Of a DNA stretch of 64,000 nt, positions 63,138-64,000 are shown piece after piece. A model generated the notes under the pieces. It saw only the letters and a program-made list of their open reading frames with translations. It made no database searches and had not been told where the DNA came from. Origin of the DNA: Escherichia phage vB_EcoM_Lh1B; the sequence record OK428535.1; one strand, written 5' to 3'. Position 1 is the stretch's first letter; each line of letters begins with the position of its first letter. Position numbers and translations under genes: made by a program.

Positions 63138-64000
63138 ATGGGGTTGTATACAGAACCTTCAATGGAACTGCTCTGCCAACAAATTGTGCGTGACAATCCC
63201 GGTTTAGCAGGAAAAATCACCGCTGACTCCATTGGGGTCAGGGGNGTTCCTGTTGCGAAAAACGTTAACGGACGAAACACACAGATTACGTTGGTAGGAA
63301 AACCCGGTAAAGGATTTGCTGGGGAAATAACGGTATATTACGACCGGTTGAATCTGGCCAGTCTATTTAAGTCTGGCCCAAATATGGTGAGTATTCCACG
63401 TAGCGNACAAACCCATGCGGAAGNGTTACCGGCGTTCAATGAATTGAACGGGTTNAACTTAACCGCGAGTGATATCACCAGTCCAAACGTTGCATTAATG
63501 AAATACGCTACGCCGGAAACTGTAACTCTGACGGCGCACGCTAACTCCTTGTGTTATACCGGGTCATGCAAGATGACCTATGTTTACGAACCGATTGCGA
63601 TGTATCCGAAGTCGGGTCCTGGGCCAAAAGGATTAATGGCTGGTAATGAGTTATACGGATTCTTTGGGCTGGTAAGCGCGGAAGAGTTATTCACATCTGA
63701 TGAAATGGTGTATGCCCTCTATAACGGCACCACCTGGCCTAACCGCTACGCTATCAAGTGGCTCAAATTCTTTCTGAATGGGGNGGTAGTGTTTGTTCCG
63801 ACCCGTGCGNTTTGCAACGTTACCTGGGCAGACCTGTACAACAAGGGTGCAATATTTGATTCCGGAGACGCAGGACCTCGCCCGAAGTCGACTTACACAC
63901 CTGTCGATGTTGAACAGTTGAAATACATGGTAAAACGGGATGATGAAGGAACGCATTATTTCAGAATGTCTATCCCGTATTACACCGAGAACGCCGCCGC
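63138..64000 (+). CDS. tandem-array paralogue P11 (partial, runs off window end): N-terminal module plus GPGPK-motif domain
   Basis: IVRDNPGL...GRNT...YYDRLNLASLF then YPKSGPGPKGLMAGN...GFFG; no stop within window. Confidence 0.65.
   Translation, partial: MGLYTEPSMELLCQQIVRDNPGLAGKITADSIGVRXVPVAKNVNGRNTQITLVGKPGKGFAGEITVYYDRLNLASLFKSGPNMVSIPRSXQTHAEXLPAFNELNGXNLTASDITSPNVALMKYATPETVTLTAHANSLCYTGSCKMTYVYEPIAMYPKSGPGPKGLMAGNELYGFFGLVSAEELFTSDEMVYALYNGTTWPNRYAIKWLKFFLNGXVVFVPTRAXCNVTWADLYNKGAIFDSGDAGPRPKSTYTPVDVEQLKYMVKRDDEGTHYFRMSIPYYTENAA

Noticed and set aside
1-64000. CRISPR array, rRNA, tRNA, integrase or transposase
   Set aside because: No short direct repeats with regular spacers, no rRNA-like stretches, and no recombinase or transposase motifs were seen. 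Intergenic regions are short and filled by terminators and promoters. tRNAs cannot be fully excluded without a tRNA scan.

Overview
This window reads as a densely packed, almost entirely plus-strand segment of a large virulent dsDNA bacteriophage genome, probably from an enterobacterial host (about 48-50% GC, E. coli-like codon usage). I infer a phiKZ-like jumbo myovirus from two things: a very large, codon-optimised putative major capsid protein (766 aa), and a repeated promoter motif containing TATATTAC, which I recall as the phiKZ early-promoter consensus. All calls come from reading the sequence and the ORF track; no searches were run. About 85 protein-coding genes are supported, many separated by rho-independent terminators with UUCG-type loops. 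I found no rRNA, CRISPR array, integrase or transposase, and saw no tRNA by eye. Recognisable products are a Dam-type N6-adenine methyltransferase, a thymidylate-kinase-like P-loop kinase, a RuvC-like resolvase, at least five GNAT acetyltransferases (one tandem pair), a DprA/SLOG-like Rossmann protein, an XRE-type HTH regulator, a PP-loop-like protein and a DUF488-like protein. The most interesting signals are: (1) a 75-aa ORF that matches the N-terminus of the HslU (ClpY) unfoldase and stops right after the Walker A loop; (2) a tandem array of at least 11 modular paralogues at 53.6-64 kb, likely tail-fibre or receptor-binding-like; (3) an eight-copy promoter-like motif family, three copies of which carry a conserved 5' leader with a covarying hairpin; (4) a 270-bp in-frame tandem duplication; (5) an accessory island at 24-44 kb rich in GNAT and nucleotide-modifying genes. 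The assembly is low quality, with scattered N runs, so several frames and gene ends are uncertain.
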